Assembly: GCA_040218735.1 (NCBI GenBank)
Contig: JAVJQW010000023.1
Span: 416,001-480,000, forward strand
Length of the DNA stretch: 64,000 nucleotides
Direction of reading: 5' to 3'
From: Deltaproteobacteria bacterium
Lineage (GTDB): Bacteria > Myxococcota > Kuafuiibacteriia > Kuafuiibacteriales > Kuafuiibacteriaceae
A program made the translations under genes and the position numbers. This document shows, in pieces, positions 1-10,072 of the stretch. The notes beneath the pieces are model-generated. The model was not told where the DNA came from, did no database searches, and was given only the letters and a program-made list of their open reading frames with translations. The first letter of the stretch is position 1; the number at the start of each line of letters is the position of its first letter.

Positions 1-370
1 GACGGGGCACGTGGAAGATCCGGCCGAGGTGTGTCGTCGCGTAAACCTCTTCGACGTGTTCCTGCAGCCCTCGGTCTGGGATGGGCTACCGAACGCGTTG
101 TTGGAGGCGATGGCCTGCGAGCGGCTCGTCATCGCGAGCGACGCGGGCGGCATCCCGGAGGTGCTGACGAACGAGCAGGACGGCTTCGTCATCCCGCGGC
201 ACCAGCTGCATCGGCTCGGCGAAGCGGTGCTCGACGTCGTCGCGCTGGACGACGAGCGCAAGACCGCCGTACGCCGCCGAGCGCGCGAACGTGTCCTCGC
301 GGAGCAGTCGGCGGCGAAGGAGGCGGCGGCGCTGCGGCGCGTGCTCGCGGCGCTGGGTGCTCGGCCGTGA
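1..370 (+). CDS. Glycosyltransferase family 4 (GT-B), C-terminal part; 5' end lies outside the window
   Basis: PSVWDGLPNALLEAMACERLVIASDAGGIPEV matches the GT4 C-terminal signature. Confidence 0.85.
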   Translation, partial: TGHVEDPAEVCRRVNLFDVFLQPSVWDGLPNALLEAMACERLVIASDAGGIPEVLTNEQDGFVIPRHQLHRLGEAVLDVVALDDERKTAVRRRARERVLAEQSAAKEAAALRRVLAALGARP

Positions 371-813
371 AACCAAAGTTCGCGAGCGCGGAGGTCGCGC
401 AGGTCTTCGCGGCCGTCCCCGAGGAGGCACGAAAGCGGCTCCTCGAAGTCCGCGCGTTGATCTTCGACGTGGCGGCGCAGACGCCGCAGGTCGGCCCGCT
501 CGAAGAGGCGCTGCGCTGGGGCGAGCCGAGCTATCTCACGAAGAAGACCAAGTCCGGCACGACGGTGCGCATCCACTGGAAGGCCAAACGTCCGGACGAC
601 TGCGCCCTTTACGTGAGCTGCCAGACCGACCTCGTCGAAGGGTTCCGGCTACGGCACGCCGGCGCGCTGCGCTTCGAAGGGCAGCGCGCCGTGCTGTTTG
701 GTGTGGCGGGTCCCCTGCCGGAAGCGGCGCTGCGCGATTGCATTCGGGAGGCGCTGACCTACCACGTCAACCGCGCGCGCGCCGCGAACCGGGTCAGGGG
801 CAAGTTGCGTTGA
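367..813 (+). CDS. DUF1801 (YdhG-like) domain protein
   Basis: GTG at 367 overlaps the upstream stop (GTGA). Motifs LRALIFDVA..EEALRWGEPSY..FEGQRA..LRDCIREALTYH. Confidence 0.8.
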   Translation: MKPKFASAEVAQVFAAVPEEARKRLLEVRALIFDVAAQTPQVGPLEEALRWGEPSYLTKKTKSGTTVRIHWKAKRPDDCALYVSCQTDLVEGFRLRHAGALRFEGQRAVLFGVAGPLPEAALRDCIREALTYHVNRARAANRVRGKLR

Positions 814-1327
814 CGGTCACGGCGTTGGAGGCGTTGTTGCCCTCGTTGCTCTCCGCGACGAGGTCGCCGCCGTCGTCGAACAACCGGAAGTTGATCGTGT
901 ACGACGTCGGCGGGCAGTCACACGGACCGTTGTAGAACGTGAACGACCCCTGGAGGTTCCGCGTCGCCCCCGCGGCGAGCGCGCCGAGCTGGTTGGACGA
1001 GGTGGGGATCCACGCTCCATTCAGTGGATTCTGCCGCTGAAGGTGGAGGAAGTGCCGACCCGCGTTGCCGTTTCCGATGTTCCGTTCGATCGCCGTGTAG
1101 AAGACGGTCTGGGTCCCGCAACCGAGCGACGCGGGGCCCGTGACGTTGAAGTTCGTGACGATGAGATCCGGGTCGCCGACCGGCTGAGGCTGCGCGACCG
1201 CTTGTGGGGGCGCGGGCTGCGCGGTGAACGAGATGGCCTCCGACGACTCCTGTTGCTCTTCTTCGGGGCCGCCGCAGGCGACCGCGAACACGAGGAGGAA
1301 GACGGACGAATGAATGAGACGGGACAT
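794..1327 (-). CDS. Lipoprotein with CARDB-like Ig domain
   Basis: Lipobox FAVAC; PDLIVTNF...NIGNGNAG...LGALAAGATR...VAESNEGNN is CARDB-like. Confidence 0.75.
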   Translation of the reverse strand: MSRLIHSSVFLLVFAVACGGPEEEQQESSEAISFTAQPAPPQAVAQPQPVGDPDLIVTNFNVTGPASLGCGTQTVFYTAIERNIGNGNAGRHFLHLQRQNPLNGAWIPTSSNQLGALAAGATRNLQGSFTFYNGPCDCPPTSYTINFRLFDDGGDLVAESNEGNNASNAVTVNATCP

Positions 1328-1503
1328 ACTCTTGGACTCCTATCGATGAGTGAAAATCGCGCTTCGTTGCGCGGACCGATGAAGAGCAAGGTGCGCGCCA
1401 GCGACGGACGGCGTGTTCTCGCGTCCGCGCGACCGCGAGTGTCTGGCGAACCTGTCGATGGTGGCGGGCAGACCTGTCGATCCCGTCGGGTCAGAGCGTC
1501 GGT

Positions 1504-2709
1504 TCAGTGCGTCGGGTCGCGGGCGAGTGTTCGTTCGTACGCGGCGACGAGCTGCGCGCCAGCCTTCGGCCAAGTGTAGTGCTGCTCGACGCGTCGCCTC
1601 GCGTTCGCCGCGAGGCGCGGACCGAGCTCGGCGTCCTCCTGAAGTCGAAGCACACCGTCTTTGATCGCCTTCGGCGATCCCGGCCGTACGATGAGCGCTT
1701 CCTTGTCCGGTTCGGCGAGCTGCGTGACGACGGGGAGGTCGGATGCGATGACCGGCGTCCCGCACGCCATCGCCTCGATCAGCTTGAGGGGGCAGCACCC
1801 CTGCTCGAGGTTGCGGTCGTTGGGGAGGAGCGGCACCAGCGCAACGTCGTGCTCGTGGTGGAGCGCGGCGAGCTCGGGCTGATCGACGGGTTCGAGGAGA
1901 TCGACATGGTCGGTCAGCCCGTACGCAGCGCAGGTGGCTTCGATCTTTCTGCGCACGGACTTACGGACCGGACCTACGAGCGTGAGCCGCGCGTCGTCGT
2001 CACGGCGATGGAGACGCAGCGCTTCGATCGCCGCGAAGACCCCCTGCCACGCGGTCATCGTGCCGGTGTAGAGCCAGCGCTTCGGGGCCCCGCGGCGCGC
2101 GCGGAAGGTGAAGCAGTCGAGATCGACGCCATTGGGCACGACTTCGATCCGCGACTCGGGTGCGCCGCGCGCGACGAGGTGCTCCGCGGTGACGGCGCTC
2201 GGCGTCACGAGGAGATCCGCCGCAGCGATGCAGGTCTGCTCTTGCGCGCGCAGCTTGCCGAGGAGCTCGTGGTCGTCGGCGACGTCGGGGTAGTGGTACT
2301 TGAGCTCGATGGACGGGAGGCCGTTCACCTCGTAGACGACGCGACGCGCGAGGGTGCGGCGCTCCTTCGCGATCGGGTAGCCCTCGAAGATGGAGCGGAA
2401 GTGCGCGACGTCGAACGGTCCGTGTTCGCGCCACCAACGCCACAGCTGCGCGCGGAAGTGCTCGACGCGGGCGATGAGGTTCTTGCCGCGGATGTCGAAG
2501 GACCAGTGCACGACGCCACAGGCGCGCTCTCGGGGCTGCGTGGGTCCCGGGATCGCGTTGGGGCCCGCGGCGGGATCGAACGGGGCGATGGTGAGGAGAT
2601 CGACGCGACCGTAGGCGGCGGCAAGCGCGCGCGTGAACGCGTCGATGTGAATCGATGCGCCCTTCGGCGCCCAGAAGCGATCGAAGCTCGCGTACGCGAT
2701 CGACGGCAC
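1504..2709 (-). CDS. Glycosyltransferase family 4 protein
   Basis: VVPNGVD, YTGTMTAWQG and CPLKLIEAMACGTPVIASDLP motifs; 401 aa. Confidence 0.9.
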   Translation of the reverse strand: MPSIAYASFDRFWAPKGASIHIDAFTRALAAAYGRVDLLTIAPFDPAAGPNAIPGPTQPRERACGVVHWSFDIRGKNLIARVEHFRAQLWRWWREHGPFDVAHFRSIFEGYPIAKERRTLARRVVYEVNGLPSIELKYHYPDVADDHELLGKLRAQEQTCIAAADLLVTPSAVTAEHLVARGAPESRIEVVPNGVDLDCFTFRARRGAPKRWLYTGTMTAWQGVFAAIEALRLHRRDDDARLTLVGPVRKSVRRKIEATCAAYGLTDHVDLLEPVDQPELAALHHEHDVALVPLLPNDRNLEQGCCPLKLIEAMACGTPVIASDLPVVTQLAEPDKEALIVRPGSPKAIKDGVLRLQEDAELGPRLAANARRRVEQHYTWPKAGAQLVAAYERTLARDPTH

Positions 2710-2772
2710 ACGAGGAGCCTGCCACGAGTGCGTCTTTGACGTGGGTCCAGCGCGCGACTACCCTCCGAGCAC

Positions 2773-3684
2773 GTGGCGTTCGACCCAGCGGAGTTCAAGA
2801 AGACGCTGAAGTACGAGGGGTTGATGTCCCCCGACGAGATGCTCGGCGACATCGCCGCCATCCAGCAGCTCGACAAGGACGCGGAGGCGCGTCGGTCGAC
2901 GTCCGGCAAGGTCGGTGGCTGGAGCCTCGCGCTGGGTTTCATCGGCCTGCTCATCACCGGCGCCACCCTCGACTCCAACGCCGACAACGCTCCGATGATG
3001 TTCCTCGGCTGCTTCGTGCTCCTGGGCATCGGCGCGGCAGCGCTGATCTATCGCGCGACACAAGGCAAGTTCGACACCCAAGACCGGCGCTACCTCCTGC
3101 TCGAGCGAATCCTCCCGCTCCTCTCCACGGACCTCCCCTCGAACGCCAAGTTGCAGGTGCGGATGGATCTGTCGGCGCCGTCGCTGGGCAACAAGGCCGC
3201 CGGCGAAGGCGAGGCGCGCGGCTGGAAGGTGAAGTACTTCGAGGATCCGTGGCTCGCGCTGAGTGGGCAGTTCCTCGACGACACCAAGTTCACGCTCGAG
3301 GCGATGGAGAAGTTCCAGAAGCGCTCGAAGTGGAAGACGTCCGCGTCCGGCAAGATGAAACACAAGACGAAGACGAAGAGCGCGACGCTCCTGTCGCTTC
3401 GGCTCGGCGTCAAGACGAAGCGCTACCCGGCGCTCGCGCGCGTGAGCGACAAACTCGAGAGCGCGGTCCAGCTTCCGAAACAGGCGATGCTCAAACGTGT
3501 CGATGCGAGCGCAAACGGGTTGGCGCTGAAGGTCTTGATCAAGTCGGACTGGGACTGCCCGGCGCACGGGGAGCCGCCGAACGGCGTCGACGGGCGGCAG
3601 CTCGTCGCAAGTCTGTTCATGAGCGCGTACCAGGTGCTCAACCTGGCGAAGGCGGTCGCGAAGGGCCGACCGAGGGTGGTGTGA
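2773..3684 (+). CDS. Hypothetical membrane protein (2 TM helices followed by a basic soluble domain)
   Basis: Two hydrophobic helices (GWSLALGFIGLLITGA; MMFLGCFVLLGIGAAALIY); coding-like codon bias; first gene of a tightly packed run. Confidence 0.75.
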   Translation: MAFDPAEFKKTLKYEGLMSPDEMLGDIAAIQQLDKDAEARRSTSGKVGGWSLALGFIGLLITGATLDSNADNAPMMFLGCFVLLGIGAAALIYRATQGKFDTQDRRYLLLERILPLLSTDLPSNAKLQVRMDLSAPSLGNKAAGEGEARGWKVKYFEDPWLALSGQFLDDTKFTLEAMEKFQKRSKWKTSASGKMKHKTKTKSATLLSLRLGVKTKRYPALARVSDKLESAVQLPKQAMLKRVDASANGLALKVLIKSDWDCPAHGEPPNGVDGRQLVASLFMSAYQVLNLAKAVAKGRPRVV

Positions 3685-4292
3685 TGCGACGTCTGGGGTT
3701 GCTGTCGTTGTGCGCGACGCTGTGCGCGTGTCCTTCCGAGTCGAAGTCCGAAGCACCCGCGCCCGCGGCGTCCGCGTCGGGCGACGTGAAGATCAAGTTC
3801 GAGGACGGCAAGGAGCAACGCGCGTTCTCGCTGAAGATGAAGCCGGACGGCGCGAAGCTCGTGGACGCGAGCGAGAACGAGATCGCGCGCCTGAAGGACA
3901 AGGGCGACAAGACGCTGGTCCGAACACCCGACGACACCGTCGTCGCGATCGTCAAAGACGGCGGCGACAAGGTGAAGGTCGAGTCGCCGGAGGGCGAAGA
4001 GCGCTTTGCGCTGAAGCGCTACGACGACGGGGACTACAAGCTCAAGACCGCGGCGGGCGAGACACTCTTCGTCCTGAAGGTGAAGGACTACGGCTTCAAG
4101 ATCCGCGACGGCGCCGGCAACGACGTCGCGAAGGTGAAGAAGTCCGCCGACAAGGTGAAGCTGAAGAACGCGGCCGGCGAGACGCTGTACGAGACGAAGG
4201 CGGATCTGCCCGCCGTCGCCGTGGCGTGTCTCGCGTTCGAGGGCATGGCGTTGCCGACGCGCGTCGCGTTGATGCACCGCCTGGCGAAGTGA
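3684..4292 (+). CDS. Lipoprotein with repeated beta-hairpin units (possibly LURP-one/scramblase-like)
   Basis: ATG at 3684 overlaps the upstream TGA; lipobox TLCAC; repeated K-x-x-D-x-x-G-x-x-x-A-x-V-K-type units. Fold call is an inference. Confidence 0.7.
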   Translation: MRRLGLLSLCATLCACPSESKSEAPAPAASASGDVKIKFEDGKEQRAFSLKMKPDGAKLVDASENEIARLKDKGDKTLVRTPDDTVVAIVKDGGDKVKVESPEGEERFALKRYDDGDYKLKTAAGETLFVLKVKDYGFKIRDGAGNDVAKVKKSADKVKLKNAAGETLYETKADLPAVAVACLAFEGMALPTRVALMHRLAK

Positions 4293-4298
4293 CCGACG

Positions 4299-4682
4299 AT
4301 GCGATGTGACGAGAAGGCCGGGTTCCTGTTCTCCCACGACTGCGCGCAGCCCGCGCAGTTCGCGTGCGGGAGCTGCAACAAAAACGTCTGCGAGAAACAC
4401 GCGCACCGGCGAAGCGCGCAGACGTTGTGCACCTCGTGTGTGAAGAAGGCCGAGCGCCACGCGGACCGACACGCCGGCAAGGGCCGCGGGACTCACGTCG
4501 ACGACGATCCGTTCCTCTACACGACCTACTACTACTACGGGTACGGCTACTACGGTCGCGGGAGCTGGGGCTGGGACTCGTACAACGAACACTCGGATGC
4601 GAGTGACTTCACCGAGGCCGACGGCATGAGCCTGATGGCCGCGGGCGACGAAGCCTGGGAACAGGACATGGGCGCGAGTTGA
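4299..4682 (+). CDS. Small protein with B-box-like zinc finger and Tyr/Gly-rich acidic tail
   Basis: C..C-x7-CGSC-x4-CEKH-x9-CTSC pattern; tail YTTYYYYGYGYYGRGSWGW. Confidence 0.7.
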   Translation: MRCDEKAGFLFSHDCAQPAQFACGSCNKNVCEKHAHRRSAQTLCTSCVKKAERHADRHAGKGRGTHVDDDPFLYTTYYYYGYGYYGRGSWGWDSYNEHSDASDFTEADGMSLMAAGDEAWEQDMGAS

Positions 4683-5647
4683 GCCGCTGGCTCTACTACG
4701 CGCTCGGCGGCGGCCTCGGACACCTGACCCGCGCGGTCGCGCTCGCACGCCAAGCGGCGCGGCGCGGCGTCGAGATCGAGATCCTCACGAACTCTCCGTA
4801 TGTTTCCGCGGTCGCGGCGTCCGGCTCTGCGAACCTGCGGCGTTTTCCGATCGACGTCGCGCCCGAACGCGTCCGCGACGCAGTGCGGACGACGCCGTGT
4901 GATGCGCTGATCGTCGATACGTTTCCACGTGGGCTCGGCGGAGAGCTCGCGACGCTCCTCGACGAGCTCACCATCCCGAAGGTACTCGTCCACCGCGATC
5001 TCGATCCGCGGTACGTCCGTGACGTACGCCTCGCCGACCACGTCGCGCGATACGCGCTGGTGCTCGTCCCCGGCGAGGACGCTCCGTTGGCGGCGGCGCC
5101 GAACGCCGTTCGCACCGCGCCGTGGTTGACGCTCGACGCTTCCGAGCTGCTGGCGCCCGACGCGGCGCGACGTGCCCTCGACGCGAACGGCAAGATCGTC
5201 GCGGTCCTCGCGAGCGGGCGTGAAGAGGAAGGCCCGATGTACGCACGCGTCGCGGCGCGAATCGACGCGGCACTCGACGTCGATGTGCGCCTCCTCGTAC
5301 CAACACCGCGCGACGATCTGCCGGAGGCCCGAGCGCTGTGGCCGTTCCTCGCCTACGTTCGTGGGGTCGACGTCGTCGTCGGCGGCGGTGGGTACAACAC
5401 GGTTCAAGAAGCCCGCGCGACGCGGACGCCTTTCGTCGGTATCGCCATGCCGCGCAAGTACGACCGACAGCACGTGCGACTTCGCGGCGACGAGCGCAGC
5501 ACGGAGGAAGGCGTCGTCGAACGCGTCGCGCAGCGACTTCGGAAATCACGACACGATGTCCCGCAGTACGACAACGGCGCGACGCACGCGGTCGAGTTGA
5601 TTGCGGCGCGGCTCGCCGCGTGTCCACTGCGCGACTGCGGTACCTGA
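4679..5647 (+). CDS. GT-B fold glycosyltransferase-like protein (MurG/GT28-like)
   Basis: N-terminal YALGGGLGHLTRA and C-terminal DVVVGGGGYNTVQEA motifs; TTG start overlaps the upstream stop. Confidence 0.75.
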   Translation: MSRWLYYALGGGLGHLTRAVALARQAARRGVEIEILTNSPYVSAVAASGSANLRRFPIDVAPERVRDAVRTTPCDALIVDTFPRGLGGELATLLDELTIPKVLVHRDLDPRYVRDVRLADHVARYALVLVPGEDAPLAAAPNAVRTAPWLTLDASELLAPDAARRALDANGKIVAVLASGREEEGPMYARVAARIDAALDVDVRLLVPTPRDDLPEARALWPFLAYVRGVDVVVGGGGYNTVQEARATRTPFVGIAMPRKYDRQHVRLRGDERSTEEGVVERVAQRLRKSRHDVPQYDNGATHAVELIAARLAACPLRDCGT

Positions 5648-5684
5648 CGCGGCCGGACTTGGCCACGCGCGCCGTGCGCGTACG

Positions 5685-6344
5685 ATGGACGGAATGGGGC
5701 TCTTCGGTCCTAAGCCGTACCGTCGGCGTGACTCGCTCACGACCGCGACGGAAGCGCAGCGCCGCGGGAAGCCGAAGAAGGCGATCGCCGCTTACCAGCG
5801 AATCCTCGACCACGACGGCGAAGATCCGATGATCCTCCACAAACTCGCCGTGTGCCTCGCGCAGGTTCGACGCGTCGACGAGGCACGCCCCAAGTTCCTC
5901 GCCGCGGCCGCGGGCTACGAAGCGGGTGGGTTCGCGGACAAAGCGCTGGCCGTCTACACCGCGGCCGCGCACCACATCCCGGGTGAGGTCGAGTTCTGGG
6001 AGCGCATCGCGCAAGGCCACTTGCTTCGCGAGCGTCGCGCCGACGCGATCCGCGTCCTCATCGACGCAACGAAGAACTTCGTCGGACGCGCCCGCCGCGG
6101 CGAGCGCATCCAGCTCCTCGAACACGTCCGTACGATCGACACGTGGCACGTCGAAGGCGGCCTCGCCCTCGCGCGCGACCTCGTCGCCGACGGGCAGTCG
6201 GATGAGGCCCGAACGCTCCTCGACGGCCTCGCGGAACGCAACGAAGGCGCGACGCTGAAGAAGGTGCGGTGGGCGGCGTTTGCGCTGCAACCCTCGTTCG
6301 GATCCGCGTGGCGCTGGCTGCGCGCCGCGGTCCTCGGTCGCTGA
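5685..6344 (+). CDS. TPR-repeat protein
   Basis: TPR-like helices (KAIAAYQRILDHD..ILHKLAVCLA); start at 5685 or 5694. Confidence 0.7.
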   Translation: MDGMGLFGPKPYRRRDSLTTATEAQRRGKPKKAIAAYQRILDHDGEDPMILHKLAVCLAQVRRVDEARPKFLAAAAGYEAGGFADKALAVYTAAAHHIPGEVEFWERIAQGHLLRERRADAIRVLIDATKNFVGRARRGERIQLLEHVRTIDTWHVEGGLALARDLVADGQSDEARTLLDGLAERNEGATLKKVRWAAFALQPSFGSAWRWLRAAVLGR

Positions 6345-6417
6345 TCCGGGCGGGCCTTCTCGGACGATGACACGTTGATTGGTCGCATAACCAATTTATC
6401 CCGGCGACGCTCGTCGC

Positions 6418-6999
6418 ATGAACTGGGACGTCCTGTGGTCAGGCCTGTACTGGGCCGGTTGCGTGCTCTGGTTGGCGCCGTTCCTGGAGTTGATACCGGT
6501 CCTCACGCTGTGCCTGTCGTACGCGAGCTTGCGCGTTCGTCGGCGGATCGAGCGCGTCGACCTCGTCGGCTTCGACGGCTACGCAGCGCTGATCCTCATC
6601 GTGGCGAGCCCGCTCGTCGCGATCGGCCTCGGCCTCGTCGGAGCCATCCTCGGGTGGCGCGACGCCCCCTTCGCGTGGGTCCTGCTGGGGTGGTTCGCGG
6701 TCGCGGCGAGCTGCCGGGTCCGCATCCGGGTGATGCCGTACGGCACGTACCACGAGCGCTTCGTCGCGTTCGTCCGGTGGCGCCACCGGCGCCTGCGAAC
6801 GTGCACCGCGTTCTACGACGGCTGGGGTGACTTCATGGATCCCGAAGCGCTCCACGTCGACGACGTCGAGCTGGGATGGGTGGGCCGCAACGGCGACACC
6901 ACGCTCGCGGATCATTTCAACGACGCCGTCGCGCAGATCAGAGGAGACCCGCGCGTCGGCGGAGCCACCACTCCAGGCCCGCCACGACCAGCAACGTGA
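6418..6999 (+). CDS. Hypothetical membrane protein
   Basis: 3-4 hydrophobic segments; 3' end overlaps the convergent gene by about 60 bp. Confidence 0.55.
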   Translation: MNWDVLWSGLYWAGCVLWLAPFLELIPVLTLCLSYASLRVRRRIERVDLVGFDGYAALILIVASPLVAIGLGLVGAILGWRDAPFAWVLLGWFAVAASCRVRIRVMPYGTYHERFVAFVRWRHRRLRTCTAFYDGWGDFMDPEALHVDDVELGWVGRNGDTTLADHFNDAVAQIRGDPRVGGATTPGPPRPAT

Positions 7000-9226
7000 G
7001 CAGCGCGAAGAACGTGTCCCAGATCGGAATGCGCCGCGTGCGATCCACCTCGACGCGACGTGCGTCGCGGATCTCGATGTCGCCGAGGCTCTCCGACACG
7101 TCGATGTACCGACCGCCGCTCGACTCCGCGAGCGCACGCATGATCTCCGGCTGCGGGAACGGCGCCGCGAGCTCCACGTCGGCGCTCTCCACGATCACCG
7201 GCTCCGTCGCCCGCCCGACGCGCTCTCCGTTCGCGCGCGCATCGACGCGGATCGCGTACGTCCCCGGCTCGACGTCGCGGAACACCAGCACCGCGCTCCC
7301 CTCCGGCCCCGTGACGACATCCCGCGCGGCCGCGGTGCCGTTCTTCGACTCGACCGGGATCAGCTCCGCGTGCACCTTCGCGCCGGCGACGCCGCGGTAG
7401 TCGGGGCCGAGCACCTTCACTTCGGCGCCCACGGGATCCCCGAGCATCACCACCGAGCGATCCGCCGTCAGGCGCACCCGCGACAGCTCCGGGTCCCGGA
7501 TCAGCCAGCGCAGAGAGTTGCTCCAGAACCGATCGAACTCACGCCCGGCGCTCCCGTCCGCGACCGCGAGGAACCGCCAGAACCACATGCTGTCCGTCGT
7601 CACCGCCATCGTCCGGCCCTGCCCGACCTCGCGGATCGCGACGAGCGGCGGGTTGCCCGGCAGCCCAGGGTGGACGAGCAGCGACTGAGAGCTCGGCATC
7701 AGGCCGAGCGAAGCGTTGAACCCCGCGAGCGGCGGCAGCCGACGATAAGCGGCCTCCGGCGGCTCACCCGGCTCGCCGATTCGGGTGATCGGGTGACGAC
7801 GCCCCTGCCGCGTCAGCCGCGGCGAGAACTCGGCGTTGTCCCACGGGAGCGTCCCGCCGAGACGCACGGGCAGGATGTCCTCGATCGGCGTGCCCGCGTA
7901 GAAGCCGTCCTCGAACGCGAAGTCGCCGCCGATCATCAGGAAGCTCCCGCCCTGCAGCACGTAGTCGCGGATGTTCCGCAGGTAGTGGCGCATCCGGTAC
8001 GGGCGGTAGCTGAAGTTCTGGTAGATGACGACGTCGAACGAGTTGAGCTCCGTCGTGAACAGGTCGTTCACCGGGAAGGGGATCAGCGCGAGCTCCTCCT
8101 GCGGCGCCTTCTGCAGGTCCGTCGTCGAACGCAGGATGAAGAACGAGATGAGGTCGACGTTCGGGTTGCGCTTCAGCAGCTCACGCAGGAAGCGCTCGTC
8201 CCACGACGGGCGCCCCGCGACCTGCAACACGCGGATGCGATCGCGGATGACCTTCAACACCACGCTCTTGGTGTTGTTCGAGTCGACGACCTCACCCGAC
8301 TGCACCGGCACCGAGACCTGATAGACCTGCTTGCCGATCTTCCGCGGCTTGAACTCGAAGGACACCCGCGCGCTGCCGTCGACGATCTTCGCCTCGGTCG
8401 TCTTGATGATCGTGCCGTCCTGCTTGAGCGTCACGGTGACCTGGTCGACGTCGAGGCCACGCTCCTCGAGCTCGACATCCAACGTCACCGTGTTGTGCAC
8501 GAACGCGAAGTCGTCGGAGAGGACCCGCCGAATCGCGAGGTCCGGCGCCGAGGCCTCCTTCGAGAACCCCACCGCGTAGATCGGCGCACCGAGCTTCGCC
8601 GCCTTGCGGCGCGCCGCCTCGACTGTGAGCCCCTGCGTGTCGGCGCCGTCGGAGTACAGGAGGACCGCGCCGAGCTCCCGCCCGGACGACTGCCAGGAGA
8701 TCTCGTTCAACGCCCGCAGCAGATCCGTGCGCCCCTCGTCGGTGGGCAGCGGCGTCGGGAGGCGCTCGACGGGGTGCGTGCGCTCGCCGAAGGTCATCGG
8801 CTCGATCACCGCCTGCTCGGCGAGGGCCTCCAGCCGTCCCCGGTTGTCCTCCAGGTGCTCGGCGACCACCTCCGCGCGGGTCCCGTCGGGCGTCGCGATC
8901 CCCATCGACCGCGAGGCGTCCGCGAGCAACGCGACGCGCGTACGCACGCGCGACACCGCCCGCAGCTCGATGGCCGGCTGCAGCACCACGATCATCACCC
9001 AGACCGCGGCGAGGACGCGCAGCCCGATCAGGATCCACCGCCGCGTCCCGGTGACACGACGCAGCCCGAAGATCGACCCGGCGAGCCCCACCGCGAGCAG
9101 GAGCGCGATCGTGGTCAGCATCCACGGGGCGAGCGTCGTCGTCGCGACGATCTGCCAATCGTTGTAGGCGCCGCTCGTGGCGTCGGGCGCGAGCCACCCG
9201 ACCAACAGATCGACGGGCCCGCTCAC
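6938..9226 (-). CDS. Membrane-anchored vWA-like / Ig / class I glutamine amidotransferase-like domain protein
   Basis: N-terminal TMs; vWA MIDAS-like LADASRSM and LLYSDG; GATase-like YVLQGGSFLMIGGD; C-terminal TM ending LEWWLRRRAGL. Confidence 0.8.
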   Translation of the reverse strand: MSGPVDLLVGWLAPDATSGAYNDWQIVATTTLAPWMLTTIALLLAVGLAGSIFGLRRVTGTRRWILIGLRVLAAVWVMIVVLQPAIELRAVSRVRTRVALLADASRSMGIATPDGTRAEVVAEHLEDNRGRLEALAEQAVIEPMTFGERTHPVERLPTPLPTDEGRTDLLRALNEISWQSSGRELGAVLLYSDGADTQGLTVEAARRKAAKLGAPIYAVGFSKEASAPDLAIRRVLSDDFAFVHNTVTLDVELEERGLDVDQVTVTLKQDGTIIKTTEAKIVDGSARVSFEFKPRKIGKQVYQVSVPVQSGEVVDSNNTKSVVLKVIRDRIRVLQVAGRPSWDERFLRELLKRNPNVDLISFFILRSTTDLQKAPQEELALIPFPVNDLFTTELNSFDVVIYQNFSYRPYRMRHYLRNIRDYVLQGGSFLMIGGDFAFEDGFYAGTPIEDILPVRLGGTLPWDNAEFSPRLTRQGRRHPITRIGEPGEPPEAAYRRLPPLAGFNASLGLMPSSQSLLVHPGLPGNPPLVAIREVGQGRTMAVTTDSMWFWRFLAVADGSAGREFDRFWSNSLRWLIRDPELSRVRLTADRSVVMLGDPVGAEVKVLGPDYRGVAGAKVHAELIPVESKNGTAAARDVVTGPEGSAVLVFRDVEPGTYAIRVDARANGERVGRATEPVIVESADVELAAPFPQPEIMRALAESSGGRYIDVSESLGDIEIRDARRVEVDRTRRIPIWDTFFALLTLLVVAGLEWWLRRRAGLL

Positions 9227-9254
9227 GGCTGCTCTTCACGCCGACGACGAAGCA

Positions 9255-9995
9255 TCAGCGCCTCCGCTTCAGGATGAACGGCGCGTGCACGAGGTCGTCC
9301 TTGTAGTCGAGGCAGAGCGCGTACATCAGGATGTTGATGCCGGTGCGAAACGCCATCTCCCGCTGCCGCTCACCGCCGGGCGTGACCTCGTACTCCCAGC
9401 GCCCAAACGCGTCGCGCGCCCACGCGCCGGCGAGATCGTTCTGCGAGTAGACCACCGCGTAGCGATCCTCGAGCTTGATCCCCTCCGTGTACGGCAACCG
9501 GATGGTGCGCCCCGCCTGCGTCTCGACGAGGTAGAACGACTTGTAGATGACGTGCGTCGGCGGGATACGCTCCAGCGAAGCGCGCGGGAGGATCCGGTCG
9601 AGCTCACGCCGCACCGACGTGTCGAACGCGCCGCCCGGGTCGGCGTCCGCGCTGTCGATCAGGAGCGTCCCGCCGTACGTAAGGTGACGGCGGAGCAGCT
9701 TCACCTCCGTCTCGGAGAACGCGGGCATCGCGCCCGACCCGCTCCAGTACAGGAACGGGTAGCCGAACATCGCCTTGGCGGCCGGCTTCACGACGCCGAC
9801 CTCCAAGTCCACCTCGATGCTGGTCCGCTGCGTGACCTCCCACAGGAGGCGCCGCATCGCGTTCGGCCGGGTGTTCCAGGTGCCGCGGGTCTCGAGCTGA
9901 CCGACACGGAGGTCGGAGGGTCCGGCGGCGCCGATCAGGAGCGGGGATCCGAGGGATGCGATCGCGCCGCCGAGGAGCTGCCTGCGGGTGAGCAT
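9255..9995 (-). CDS. DUF4159 domain protein with Tat-like leader
   Basis: TRRQLL leader; YPFLYWSG, LRRHLTYGGTLLIDS, NDLAGAW, AFRTGINILMYAL. Confidence 0.8.
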   Translation of the reverse strand: MLTRRQLLGGAIASLGSPLLIGAAGPSDLRVGQLETRGTWNTRPNAMRRLLWEVTQRTSIEVDLEVGVVKPAAKAMFGYPFLYWSGSGAMPAFSETEVKLLRRHLTYGGTLLIDSADADPGGAFDTSVRRELDRILPRASLERIPPTHVIYKSFYLVETQAGRTIRLPYTEGIKLEDRYAVVYSQNDLAGAWARDAFGRWEYEVTPGGERQREMAFRTGINILMYALCLDYKDDLVHAPFILKRRR

Positions 9996-10072
9996 GGACT
10001 AGAGGAGGAAACGACCAACGCGGGTCAGATCTTCCGAAGACGGGATCAGCCCGAAGAGGTGAACGCCCCTTC

